This document shows, piece after piece, positions 48,718 through 58,851 of a stretch of DNA of 64,000 nt. Under the pieces are notes generated by a model, which saw nothing but the letters and a program-made list of their open reading frames with translations, was not told the DNA's origin and did not search any database. Each line of letters starts with the position of its first letter. Positions within the stretch are counted from its first letter, which is position 1. This DNA comes from an uncultured Clostridium sp. (lineage in GTDB: Bacteria; Bacillota; Clostridia; TANB77; CAG-508), in the NCBI GenBank assembly GCA_946409935.1, contig CAMJYG010000002.1, positions 8,202-72,201 of the forward strand, read 5' to 3'. The translations under genes and the position numbers were made by a program.

Positions 48718-51700
48718 ATGGAAAAGGATGTTTATGAATTAACAAATGCTCAAAAAAATATTTGGAATACAGAATTATTTTATAATGGTTCAAATATAAA
48801 TAATATTTGTGCTATTATTAATGTATCTGAAAAATTAGATTTTAATATTTTGAAAAAAGCTATAGATTTAACTGTAGAAAAAAATGACAACTTTCATATA
48901 AATTTTGAAATTAAGGATGGGCATTTATATCAATCTTTTGATAACATACCAAATTATACAATAGATTTGGTAGAATTGCAAAATGAATCTGAATTAAATA
49001 AATTAGAAAGAAAAATGAAAAATCATATTTTTAATATTTTAAACGCAGATTTATTTGAAATAAAAATGTTTAAATATCCAAATTCCTCTGGTGGAGCAAT
49101 AATTAACATACACCACCTTATAGCCGATTCTTGGACTATAGGATTATTAGCAGAAGAAGTAATAAATAAATATTCTTATTTATGTAGTAATATAGAATAT
49201 AATAAAGAAAATTTTTCATATAAAAAATTTATTGATGAAGAAAAAAATTATTTAAATAGTAATCGTTATCAAAACGATAAATTATTTTGGGGAAATTATT
49301 TAGACAATATACCTGATCCTGTTACAATTCCATATATAAAGAAAAATGTAATAAAGAGAAATAACTATAATGCAAACAGAAAAATTTTTACATTAGATTT
49401 GGAAACAGTAAAAAAACTTCATGATTTTTGTACAAGTAACAATGTTTCTTTATTTGGCTTACTTTTAGCTGTTTATTCATTATATATTGGTAGAGTAAAT
49501 GACTCTAATGATTTTATTATCGGAACACCGATATTAAATAGAACATCAAAAAGTCAAAAACAAACTATGGGTATGTTTGTAAATACAATTCCTCTACGTA
49601 TACACTTGGATGAAAACTTAAAATTTTCAGAATTTATACCGGAAATATACACAAATTTTATGGCATTATTAAGACATCAAAAGTATTCATACCAAGATAT
49701 TCTAGAAGATATAAGAAAAAAGAAACCTCAAATGCCAAATCTATATAAAGTTCTTTTATCATACCAAATAACTAAAATTAAATCAGATAATTGTCTAGAT
49801 TACTATACAAAATGGAGATTTAATGGTTATATTTCTGACAATATTGATATACATTTTTTTGATATTGATGATTTAGGGAAAATAAATATAGCATATGATT
49901 ATAAGATTTCTAAATACAATGCTGAAGATATTAATGAAATTCATAATAGAATTATATATATAATTAATCAAGTAATTGAAAATCCAGATATTCTATTGAA
50001 AGATATTATACTTTCAACACCTAAAGAATTAAAAAAAATATTACACACTTCATTGAAAAATGATTGTTTATATCCAACTGGAAAGACAGTATCTCAATTA
50101 TTTGAAGAACAAGTACAATTAGTCCCTAATAATATCGCAGTAAAATTTAATGAGGATTTTATTACTTATGATGAGCTTAATAAAAAATCAAATCAATTGG
50201 CACATTATTTAAGAAACAAAGGAATTAAACCAAATGATGTTGTCGCCCTTAGATTAAATAAGTCTCTTGAGATGATAATTGCAATACTTGGTATTATTAA
50301 AGCTGGTGGATGTTATCTTCCTATAGATTTATCATATCCTCAAGAAAGAGTTTCTTTTATGCTTGAAGATAGCTCTGCAAAAATGTTTCTAACAAACGAG
50401 CAACATAAAGATGATTTATCTATATCTATTGAAACTTTTTTATTAGATATAAATGAATCTAATGAAATATACAAAAATGATACCAATAATCTACTTTGTG
50501 TAAATACACCGGAAGATCTTATTTATATAATTTACACCTCTGGTTCTACTGGAACACCAAAAGGAGTTATGCTATGCCATCGTAATGTTGTTAGGTTAAT
50601 AAAAAATGATAATTTCCAATTTGATTTTAATTCAAACGATGTATGGACAATGTTCCATTCTGTTGCATTTGATTTTTCGGTATGGGAATTATATGGTTCA
50701 TTATTATATGGCTCTAAGCTTATATTAGTACCCGAGCTTACCTCAAAAGACCCTAATAAATTTCTGAGTTTATTAAGAGATGAGCATGTAACAGTATTAA
50801 ACCAAACCCCTACTTATTTTTATAATTTATTAGATATGGAATTATTGACTCCTAATAATGATTTATCAATTAGATATATTATTTTTGGTGGTGAAGCTTT
50901 AAATCCAAGTTTATTATTACCTTGGAAAGAAAAATATCCAAATACGAATTTTATTAATATGTATGGTATTACAGAAACAACAGTTCATGTTACATATAAA
51001 AAATTAACTGATAAAGATTTATTATCAAGCAATTCAAATATTGGAAAACCTATACCTACTTTAACAACATATATTATGGATAAAAATCTTCATATTCAAC
51101 CTTATAATGTAAAAGGAGAAATATGTGTAGGTGGATTAGGTGTTTGTAAAGGGTACTTAAATCGTCCTGAATTGAATAAAGAAAAATTTGTTATAAATCC
51201 ATATAATCCTGATGAAATATTATTTAGGTCTGCCGATTCAGCAATACTTACTCCAAATGGAGATTTACATTATGTAGGTAGAATGGATAAACAGGTAAAA
51301 ATAAGAGGATTCCGCATAGAAATTGGAGAAATTGAGAACAAATTATTAAAACATCCAAATGTTAAAAAATGTGTTGTATTACCAAAACAAAATGGTAGTG
51401 CAGACTCATTTTTAGTAGCATATATTGTTGCCAAAAAAGAAGTCTCTTCTGATGAATTAAAAGACTATATACGAAATTTAGTACCATCCTATATGATACC
51501 TAGCTATTTTGTATTTTTAGATAAAATTCCAATTAATACAAATGGAAAAACAGATAGAAAAGCACTTTTAGAAATGGATATTCAGGTTGATACAAACAAA
51601 AAATATATTGCACCACGAAATGATTTTGAAAAAACTTTCCAAATGATTTTAGAAAAAAATTTACAAATTAAAAAAATAGGAATTGATGATGATATTTTAA

Positions 51701-52998
51701 ATTTAGGTGCAGATTCTTTAACATTAATGAGAATAACCATTGAATTGTTAGAAAAAAATTATATAGTAAATATCCAAGACATATATGAACAAAAAACAAT
51801 ACGCAGAATTTCGGATAACTTCTTCTACCCTAAAAAGTCAAATGTTTACAAATTTAAGCCAGAAAAAGATATTTATTATAATTTTGATGAAAACTTTTCT
51901 TATGATAAATTAACACCTAAAAATATAATGTTAACAGGTGCTACAGGATATTTAGGAATACATATTTTAAATGATTTAATAAACAGTACAAATTGTAATA
52001 TATATTGTTTAATAAGACGTAAAAATAAAACAAGTTCAAAAAAGCGTTTACTTGATAAGCTATCTTACTATTTTGGCGAAGCACTTAATAACTACATAGA
52101 TACACGTATTCATATTTTAGAAGCAGATATATCTAAACCAAAATTTGGCCTTTCTGAAGCTGAATACAAAGAACTTGGTCAAAAAATAGACTTAGTAATA
52201 CATTCAGCCGCTATTGTAGACCACTATGGAGACAAAGATTTATTTGAATTAATAAATGTTATTGGAACAAATAATATAATTGACTTTTGTAAAAACTTTT
52301 CAATCTATTTAAACCATATTTCTACAACATCAATTTCAGCCTCACTTCCTAATGTTGAGAAACCTGTTGTATTTGATGAACATACACTTTACATTGGTCA
52401 AGATTATTCTAATAATATTTATATTGAAACCAAATTTGAGGCAGAATATAACGTTTTACAAGCACTTTTAAAAACAGATTTAAAAGCATCAATTTATAGA
52501 ATTGGAAATATTAGTGCAAGATATACTGACGGAAAATTCCAAGAAAATGATACTAAAAATGCATTTTTAAATAGAATTATAACACTTTCAAAATTAGATT
52601 ATATACCAGAATCATTTGCCAATTTAGATATTGATTTTAGCCCAGTTGATAACTGTTCTTCAATTATTACATTATTAGTGATGTTAAAAAGCAGTTACTC
52701 AAAAATATTTCATATTTATAATAATAACTCTATGAAATTAATAGATGTAGTTAATTATATAAAAGATAAAAATAATCCTACTAAAATAATTGATGATCAA
52801 AAATTTTATGATTATATAAAAATAAAATCAGATATTCTTGGAATAATAAATGATTTAACAAGCAAATCTTCTCCATATAATAACAATATAATTATGGATA
52901 ATTCATTTACAATAAATTATATGGAAAAATTAAATATTTCTTGGCCTAAAATTGACCAAATATATTTAAGTAAATTTTTTAAAAAATACTTAACTTAG
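48718..52998 (+). CDS. single-module NRPS: condensation-adenylation-thiolation-terminal reductase (C-A-T-R)
   Basis: C: IHHLIADSW. A: YTSGSTGTPKGV, GRMDKQVKIRGFRIEIGEIE, NGKTDRKAL. T: LGADSLTL. R: LTGATGYLG and YIETK. Confidence 0.92.
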   Translation: MEKDVYELTNAQKNIWNTELFYNGSNINNICAIINVSEKLDFNILKKAIDLTVEKNDNFHINFEIKDGHLYQSFDNIPNYTIDLVELQNESELNKLERKMKNHIFNILNADLFEIKMFKYPNSSGGAIINIHHLIADSWTIGLLAEEVINKYSYLCSNIEYNKENFSYKKFIDEEKNYLNSNRYQNDKLFWGNYLDNIPDPVTIPYIKKNVIKRNNYNANRKIFTLDLETVKKLHDFCTSNNVSLFGLLLAVYSLYIGRVNDSNDFIIGTPILNRTSKSQKQTMGMFVNTIPLRIHLDENLKFSEFIPEIYTNFMALLRHQKYSYQDILEDIRKKKPQMPNLYKVLLSYQITKIKSDNCLDYYTKWRFNGYISDNIDIHFFDIDDLGKINIAYDYKISKYNAEDINEIHNRIIYIINQVIENPDILLKDIILSTPKELKKILHTSLKNDCLYPTGKTVSQLFEEQVQLVPNNIAVKFNEDFITYDELNKKSNQLAHYLRNKGIKPNDVVALRLNKSLEMIIAILGIIKAGGCYLPIDLSYPQERVSFMLEDSSAKMFLTNEQHKDDLSISIETFLLDINESNEIYKNDTNNLLCVNTPEDLIYIIYTSGSTGTPKGVMLCHRNVVRLIKNDNFQFDFNSNDVWTMFHSVAFDFSVWELYGSLLYGSKLILVPELTSKDPNKFLSLLRDEHVTVLNQTPTYFYNLLDMELLTPNNDLSIRYIIFGGEALNPSLLLPWKEKYPNTNFINMYGITETTVHVTYKKLTDKDLLSSNSNIGKPIPTLTTYIMDKNLHIQPYNVKGEICVGGLGVCKGYLNRPELNKEKFVINPYNPDEILFRSADSAILTPNGDLHYVGRMDKQVKIRGFRIEIGEIENKLLKHPNVKKCVVLPKQNGSADSFLVAYIVAKKEVSSDELKDYIRNLVPSYMIPSYFVFLDKIPINTNGKTDRKALLEMDIQVDTNKKYIAPRNDFEKTFQMILEKNLQIKKIGIDDDILNLGADSLTLMRITIELLEKNYIVNIQDIYEQKTIRRISDNFFYPKKSNVYKFKPEKDIYYNFDENFSYDKLTPKNIMLTGATGYLGIHILNDLINSTNCNIYCLIRRKNKTSSKKRLLDKLSYYFGEALNNYIDTRIHILEADISKPKFGLSEAEYKELGQKIDLVIHSAAIVDHYGDKDLFELINVIGTNNIIDFCKNFSIYLNHISTTSISASLPNVEKPVVFDEHTLYIGQDYSNNIYIETKFEAEYNVLQALLKTDLKASIYRIGNISARYTDGKFQENDTKNAFLNRIITLSKLDYIPESFANLDIDFSPVDNCSSIITLLVMLKSSYSKIFHIYNNNSMKLIDVVNYIKDKNNPTKIIDDQKFYDYIKIKSDILGIINDLTSKSSPYNNNIIMDNSFTINYMEKLNISWPKIDQIYLSKFFKKYLT

Positions 52999-53197
52999 GC
53001 GTAGCCTGTTCTACAATAGAAAAGTCAGTATGACTTTCCTATTGTAGAACAAATCGGAAAGCTAATAAACTTGTAGTATGTTATTTTAAACTATAAATTT
53101 TAATTAGCAAAAACTTTAAATTAGCAAAGCTTTCCGTAAATTTGTTCCCGCGCGAAATTTTCGCCAGAAAATTTCTGCGCAACGCTTATGGCGAAGC
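52994..53197. repeat. family R1 repeat (D-A-B-C-D), one unit
   Basis: About 55 nt are identical to 12505-12562. It contains the NRPS stop codon and ends about 20 nt before the kinase start. Confidence 0.9.
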
Positions 53198-53218
53198 AAG
53201 AAAGGAATGGAATTTAAA

Positions 53219-55264
53219 ATGAAAAAAAAAATTGATATGTGCTTTGTCCGCATTATATGCCTATACTCTTTTATCCCTATATTGATTGTAACTATTTTAT
53301 ATCCTATACTTCCTAGACTATTAAATTACCCTGCAGATAGTATTGACAATCAATTTCAAATAAAACTAGATGGCATTACCTATACTGTACAATATCTCTT
53401 CCTAATAATTTTGGTAGTATTTTTTAGCCTTATAATTTTATTTATTAGAGCATATCGTATGTATAAATTAACTTCAAAAATAAATACAAATAAATTATCA
53501 CAAAATGAAACTCTTTCTACTTTATATAAAATTAGAGCATTTTGCTACAACACACCATATTTATTATATTTTTTGGAAATATTTATACCATTAATTTTTT
53601 TACCTTTAACACTTTATGCTTTAAAGGCATATCCAATTGCTATTTTGAAAATATGTTTAGTATATATATCATTCCTTACATTAGCATCTGTAATAACATT
53701 TATTTTTGCAAAAAATGAATTTGGATATATATTAAATTTATTAAGTTCAATGTATCCAAAATTGATGAAAGAAATAGAAATACAAAACTCAAATAATAAA
53801 AAAAGAGCTATAAAATCGCTTCCAATTAAGCTGATTTTACAAATTTTACCTTTAGTTCTTGTAACATTAATATTTCTTTCCTTAATTAGCTATCAGCAGT
53901 TGAGTAAAGAAATTGGAGATGTTTATTACAATTCTTATTATGTATTATATAATAATACTTTTGATAAACATTTTTCATCTGTAGAAGAGGTAAAACAAAA
54001 TTTAATAAATCTACAATTATTAGATAAATCTCATAAATATTTTATAATTTATAAAAACGGAGATTATTATACTTCTGACAATAGTACCTTAACTAATTTT
54101 TTTGTTGAATACACTCTACAAAAATCAGAATCGCAAAATAATCATACTTTTGATTATTATTGCCTGGACAATGAAGGACTAGCATTTAAATGCAATCTTT
54201 CTGATGGAAGTTACTGCTATGCTGGAATATATTACAATATATCACAACCTATTTTCTTAAAGTTTATAGTCTCTTGTGACGTAATATTATGTTTTATAAT
54301 TTTTATAATACTTATTTATATTTCATTTTCACTTTCAAGAGAAATAAAAACAGTATCTACAAAGTTAAAGAAGATTGCTTCATCAAATAAAAATGATATA
54401 AATTTAGATGAAACTTTAACAATAACCTCTGAAGATGAACTAGCTGACCTATCATTAGCATTTAACCTAATACAAGGATTTACAAAAAATAATATTGATG
54501 AAATAAAATCTAGTCAAACAACATTAATGGAACAAGAACGTTTAGCTTCGCTTGGTCAGTTAATAGGTGGAATTGCACATAACTTAAAAACGCCTATAAT
54601 GTCAATTTCTGGAGCTGCAGAAGGTTTAAATGATTTAATAACAGAATATGACACTTCAATTGATGATCCAGAAGTAACAAGTTTAGATCACCATGACATT
54701 GCAAAAGATATGTATTCTTGGATTACCAAAATAAAAACACATACAGAATATATGTCAGATGTTATAACTGCAGTAAAAGGACAAGCAGTAAATTTATCAA
54801 ATGAACAGGATATATCATTCACAGTAGAAGAATTAATAAAAAGAGTTGATATTTTAATGAAACATGAACTTAAAAATGCTATTATCTACTTAAATATAAA
54901 AATGCTCGCAAATGAAGGAATAACCATAAATGGCGATGTAAATAGCTTAGTTCAAGTTATAAATAATATGATTTCTAATGCTATTCAAGCATACAATGGT
55001 AAAACAGAACAAAATATAGATTTAATTATAGACCAAAAAGAAAATAATTTAATAATTTCTATAAAAGATTATGGTTCTGGAATACCAGAAAAAGTTAAAG
55101 AAAAACTATTTAAAGAAATGATAACAACTAAAGGAAAAAATGGTACAGGTCTTGGTTTATATATGTCTTACTCTACTATCAAAGCTCATTTTAATGGTGA
55201 TATTAAAGTTGAATCTGAACAAGGAAAAGGTACTACTTTTAGTATAATTTTACCATTAAACTAA
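53219..55264 (+). CDS. membrane sensor histidine kinase
   Basis: Multi-TM N-terminus, H-box GGIAHNLKTP, N-box NNMISNAIQA, G-boxes DYGSGIP and GTGLGL. Confidence 0.9.
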   Translation: MKKKIDMCFVRIICLYSFIPILIVTILYPILPRLLNYPADSIDNQFQIKLDGITYTVQYLFLIILVVFFSLIILFIRAYRMYKLTSKINTNKLSQNETLSTLYKIRAFCYNTPYLLYFLEIFIPLIFLPLTLYALKAYPIAILKICLVYISFLTLASVITFIFAKNEFGYILNLLSSMYPKLMKEIEIQNSNNKKRAIKSLPIKLILQILPLVLVTLIFLSLISYQQLSKEIGDVYYNSYYVLYNNTFDKHFSSVEEVKQNLINLQLLDKSHKYFIIYKNGDYYTSDNSTLTNFFVEYTLQKSESQNNHTFDYYCLDNEGLAFKCNLSDGSYCYAGIYYNISQPIFLKFIVSCDVILCFIIFIILIYISFSLSREIKTVSTKLKKIASSNKNDINLDETLTITSEDELADLSLAFNLIQGFTKNNIDEIKSSQTTLMEQERLASLGQLIGGIAHNLKTPIMSISGAAEGLNDLITEYDTSIDDPEVTSLDHHDIAKDMYSWITKIKTHTEYMSDVITAVKGQAVNLSNEQDISFTVEELIKRVDILMKHELKNAIIYLNIKMLANEGITINGDVNSLVQVINNMISNAIQAYNGKTEQNIDLIIDQKENNLIISIKDYGSGIPEKVKEKLFKEMITTKGKNGTGLGLYMSYSTIKAHFNGDIKVESEQGKGTTFSIILPLN

Positions 55265-55442
55265 GTTTCAGTATTTTTTTTATAAAACCCTTGATTTTTA
55301 ACAATTTTATTAATATAATTTAGAAAAGTGATATTATTCGTACTAAAAAGTAAGAAAATATAGAATATTTTGACTAAAATCATAGTATTTTCTTATTTAT
55401 AAACATTATAGTATCATAATTAGGTTTTTAAGGGGTATTATT

Positions 55443-56507
55443 ATGAGAAAAGGGTTGCAGAATGCTGTAAATAATTTAAATAATAACTACAAAATTATTG
55501 CAGTAGACGATGAAGAAGGAATTATAGATTCTCTATCTATATTTCTAAAAAGGTCTGGCTATGAATTTACTGGTGTTACAAATCCTGTTGAAGCAATTGA
55601 AAGAATACGAAATGAACATTTTGATTTAATGATACTGGATTTTATTATGACTCCAATTCATGGTGACCAAGTTGTTGAAGAGATTAGAAAATTTAATAAA
55701 GAACTTTATATTTTGTTACTAACTGGCCATAAAGATTTGGCTCCACCTTTAGAAACCATAAAAAGATTAGATATTCAAGGATATTGTGAAAAAAGCGATA
55801 AATTTGATCAATTATTATTATTAATTGAATCTGGAATAAAATCAATTTCACAAATGAATGAAATTAAAAAAGTAAATGATGAATTAAAAAGTACTTATGA
55901 ATTACTACAAAACGCATATTTAGAAAGTATACAAACATTAAGATATACAGTTGATGCAAAAGATAACTATACAAGAGGTCATTCTGATAGAGTTTCAGAA
56001 TACTCTGTTTTAATAGGTAATGCATTAAATCTTCCAGAAAAAGATATAAATACATTAAAAATTGGTGGATTATTCCACGATATTGGAAAAATAGGTGTAC
56101 CAGATAGTATTTTATTAAAAGAAGATAGATTAACCGATGATGAGTATTCAGAAATAAAAAATCATCCTTCTATAGGTGCTCACATTTTGTCAACAGCATC
56201 AATTTTCAATGATATTATTCCAATTGTTAAACATCATCATGAAAAATATGATGGTTCTGGTTATCCAGGAAGGTTGCGTGGTAACGAAATTCCTTATTTA
56301 GCAAGAATAACAACTATAGCAGATAGTTTTGATGCAATGACTTCTAGAAGAACTTACCGTGATTCACTTCCAATAGAAGAGGTTATAACCGAATTTGAGA
56401 AGTGCAAGGGTACTCAATTTGACCCAGAACTAACAGATGTGTTTTTGGATATTATTAGAAATAATTATGATAAGATTTTAGAAATAAAAGAAAAATATAA
56501 AGCATAA
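55443..56507 (+). CDS. response regulator with HD-GYP phosphodiesterase domain
   Basis: REC (IIAVDDEEG...LMILDFIM) plus HD-GYP (GLFHDIGKIGVP, HHEKYDGSGYP). Confidence 0.9.
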   Translation: MRKGLQNAVNNLNNNYKIIAVDDEEGIIDSLSIFLKRSGYEFTGVTNPVEAIERIRNEHFDLMILDFIMTPIHGDQVVEEIRKFNKELYILLLTGHKDLAPPLETIKRLDIQGYCEKSDKFDQLLLLIESGIKSISQMNEIKKVNDELKSTYELLQNAYLESIQTLRYTVDAKDNYTRGHSDRVSEYSVLIGNALNLPEKDINTLKIGGLFHDIGKIGVPDSILLKEDRLTDDEYSEIKNHPSIGAHILSTASIFNDIIPIVKHHHEKYDGSGYPGRLRGNEIPYLARITTIADSFDAMTSRRTYRDSLPIEEVITEFEKCKGTQFDPELTDVFLDIIRNNYDKILEIKEKYKA

Positions 56508-56545
56508 AAAATTGCCAAAGGGACGCCCCTTTTGGCAATTTTTTT
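56506..56545. terminator. bidirectional terminator
   Basis: TTGCCAAAGGG-ACGC-CCCTTTTGGCAA plus T7. Confidence 0.85.
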
Positions 56546-58724
56546 AAACTTTCATTGAAAGCCCTACTTTTTGTCTTTCCATATCTATTTTTATAACCTT
56601 AACTTTTACAACATCACCTACTGAAACTATATCAGACGGATTTTTTATAAACTTATCACTCATTTCAGAAATATGAACTAGACCGTCGTGCTTTACACCA
56701 ATATCTACAAATGCACCGAAATCTATTACATTTCTTACAGTTCCTGTTAATATCATTCCTTCTTTTAAGTCTTCTAATTTTAATACGTCACTACGAAGTA
56801 TTGGTTTTGGCATATCTTCACGTGGGTCTCTACCAGGTTTTGATAATTCTGCTATTATATCTGATAATGTCATCTCCCCTATTTCTAGCACCTTTGCTGT
56901 TTCTTCTACATTTATAGTTTTTAATTTATTTCGTAATTCTTCTAATCTTTCTTTATCTTTTAAATCTTCTTTATTAAATCCAATTTTTTCAAGCAATTTT
57001 TCTGTTGCTTCATAGCTTTCTGGGTGAACTGCTGTTATTTCTAACGGATTATCTCCATCTAAAATTCTTAAAAAACCAGCACATTGTTCAAATGCTACTT
57101 TCCCTAGTTTTGGAACTTTTAATAACTGTTTTCTGTTTTTTAATTTTCCATTTTCATCTCTATATTTTACAATATTTTTAGCAATTGTACTATTAATTCC
57201 AGAAACATAAGATAATAATGAAGGTGTTGCAGTATTTACATCTACTCCAACTTTGTTAACACTATCTTCGACTACACCTGTTAAGCTTTCTGCTAATTTC
57301 TTTTGGTTAACATCATGCTGATATTGCCCAACACCTATAGCTTTAGGGTCTATTTTTACAAGTTCTGCTAATGGGTCTTGTAATCTTCTTGCTATAGATA
57401 TTGCTCCTCTTATAGACACATTAATATCTGGATATTCTTCTGTTGCAAGCTTTGATGCCGAATAAACAGAAGCTCCTGCTTCACTTACTATAACATAATG
57501 TACAGGTCTTGAAGCTTCTTTTATCATATCTGCAACAAACATTTCAGATTCTCTTGAAGCTGTTCCATTTCCAATTGCTATCATATCTATTTTATCTTTT
57601 TCAATTAATTTTAGTAGTTCTTTTTTAGCTCCCTCAACATCATTTTGTGGTTCTGTAGGATAAACTGTTGTGTAATCTAAAACTTTACCAGTTTCATCAA
57701 TTACTGCAATTTTACAACCTGTTCTATATGCAGGGTCAAATCCCATAACAGTTTTCCCTTTGATTGGAGCACCTAGCAATAATTGTTTTGAATTTTGTCC
57801 AAATACTTTTATTGCCTTTTCTTCGGCTTTTTCTGTTAGGTCTGAGCGAATTTCTCTATCTATTGATGGTTCTATAAGTCTTTTAAAGGCATCTAAAATT
57901 GTTTCTTTTAACATATTTGTAAACTGTGTTTCACCTTTTATTATATCTCTTTCAATATATGCTAATATTTTTTCTTCTGGCTTTTCTATTTTTACCTTTA
58001 AAAATTCTTCTTTTTCCCCACGATTAATTGCAAGTATTCTATGACTTGGAATATATTTTATAGCTTCTTTATAATCATAATACATTTCATAATTAGATTT
58101 CTCATCTTTGGCTGCTTTTGTTTCTATTAATGCTTCTCTATAACATAATCTTTTTATTTCTTTTCTATATTTCGCATTATCAGAAATATCTTCTGCAATA
58201 ATATCTAAAGCTCCTTGAATAGCTTCTTGGCTACTATTTACAACTTTATCTTTATTCTCCCTGTCTTCTTCAGAAAGACTATCTATGTTTATATATTCTT
58301 TTGCTATTTCTTCTATAGGTTTTGTTTCTTTTTGTTCTATAATAATTTGTGCAAGTGGCTCAAGCCCTTTAGCTTTTGCTACTGTAGCCCTTGTTTTTTT
58401 CTTTTGCTTATATGGTCTATATATATCTTCAACCTCTGCTAATGTTTTACCAATTGCTACAGCTTGTAGAATTTCATCTGTAAGTTTTCCTTGCTCATCA
58501 ATTGACTTTATTACTTCAGCTTTTCTTTGTTCAAGATTCCTTAAGTAATTTAACCTTTCACCTAAATCCCTAAGTGTTTCATCACTTAATCCTCCTGTTA
58601 CCTCTTTTCTATATCTTGCAATAAATGGAATTGTATTCCCCTCATCTATTAACTTTATAGTGTTTTCCACTTGTGAAGTTTTTATATTTAACTCTTCTGC
58701 TATTATTTTTATGATTTTTTCCAT
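56544..58724 (-). CDS. tex: Tex-like transcription accessory protein (S1 RNA-binding)
   Basis: 726 aa. N-terminal IPFIARYRKE motif, YqgF/HhH region, C-terminal S1 domain GTVRNVIDFGAFVDIG. Confidence 0.92.
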   Translation of the reverse strand: MEKIIKIIAEELNIKTSQVENTIKLIDEGNTIPFIARYRKEVTGGLSDETLRDLGERLNYLRNLEQRKAEVIKSIDEQGKLTDEILQAVAIGKTLAEVEDIYRPYKQKKKTRATVAKAKGLEPLAQIIIEQKETKPIEEIAKEYINIDSLSEEDRENKDKVVNSSQEAIQGALDIIAEDISDNAKYRKEIKRLCYREALIETKAAKDEKSNYEMYYDYKEAIKYIPSHRILAINRGEKEEFLKVKIEKPEEKILAYIERDIIKGETQFTNMLKETILDAFKRLIEPSIDREIRSDLTEKAEEKAIKVFGQNSKQLLLGAPIKGKTVMGFDPAYRTGCKIAVIDETGKVLDYTTVYPTEPQNDVEGAKKELLKLIEKDKIDMIAIGNGTASRESEMFVADMIKEASRPVHYVIVSEAGASVYSASKLATEEYPDINVSIRGAISIARRLQDPLAELVKIDPKAIGVGQYQHDVNQKKLAESLTGVVEDSVNKVGVDVNTATPSLLSYVSGINSTIAKNIVKYRDENGKLKNRKQLLKVPKLGKVAFEQCAGFLRILDGDNPLEITAVHPESYEATEKLLEKIGFNKEDLKDKERLEELRNKLKTINVEETAKVLEIGEMTLSDIIAELSKPGRDPREDMPKPILRSDVLKLEDLKEGMILTGTVRNVIDFGAFVDIGVKHDGLVHISEMSDKFIKNPSDIVSVGDVVKVKVIKIDMERQKVGLSMKV

Positions 58725-58851
58725 TTTATTATTATTCCTTTCCTATTTTTTCTTTTTGATGTTTTTGGGTGTTTTTGGGGACACCTTCCCCAAACACCTC
58801 TTTGTCATAATTTGTTATTCAATATTAAAATTAATAAATTAAATGTTCAGA

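Noticed and set aside
58770-58800. Palindrome GGTGTTTTTGGGGACACCTTCCCCAAACACC between 58852..60201 and tex as a terminator
   Set aside because: The stem is good but no U-run follows on the relevant strand, so its function is unclear and it is not listed as a feature.
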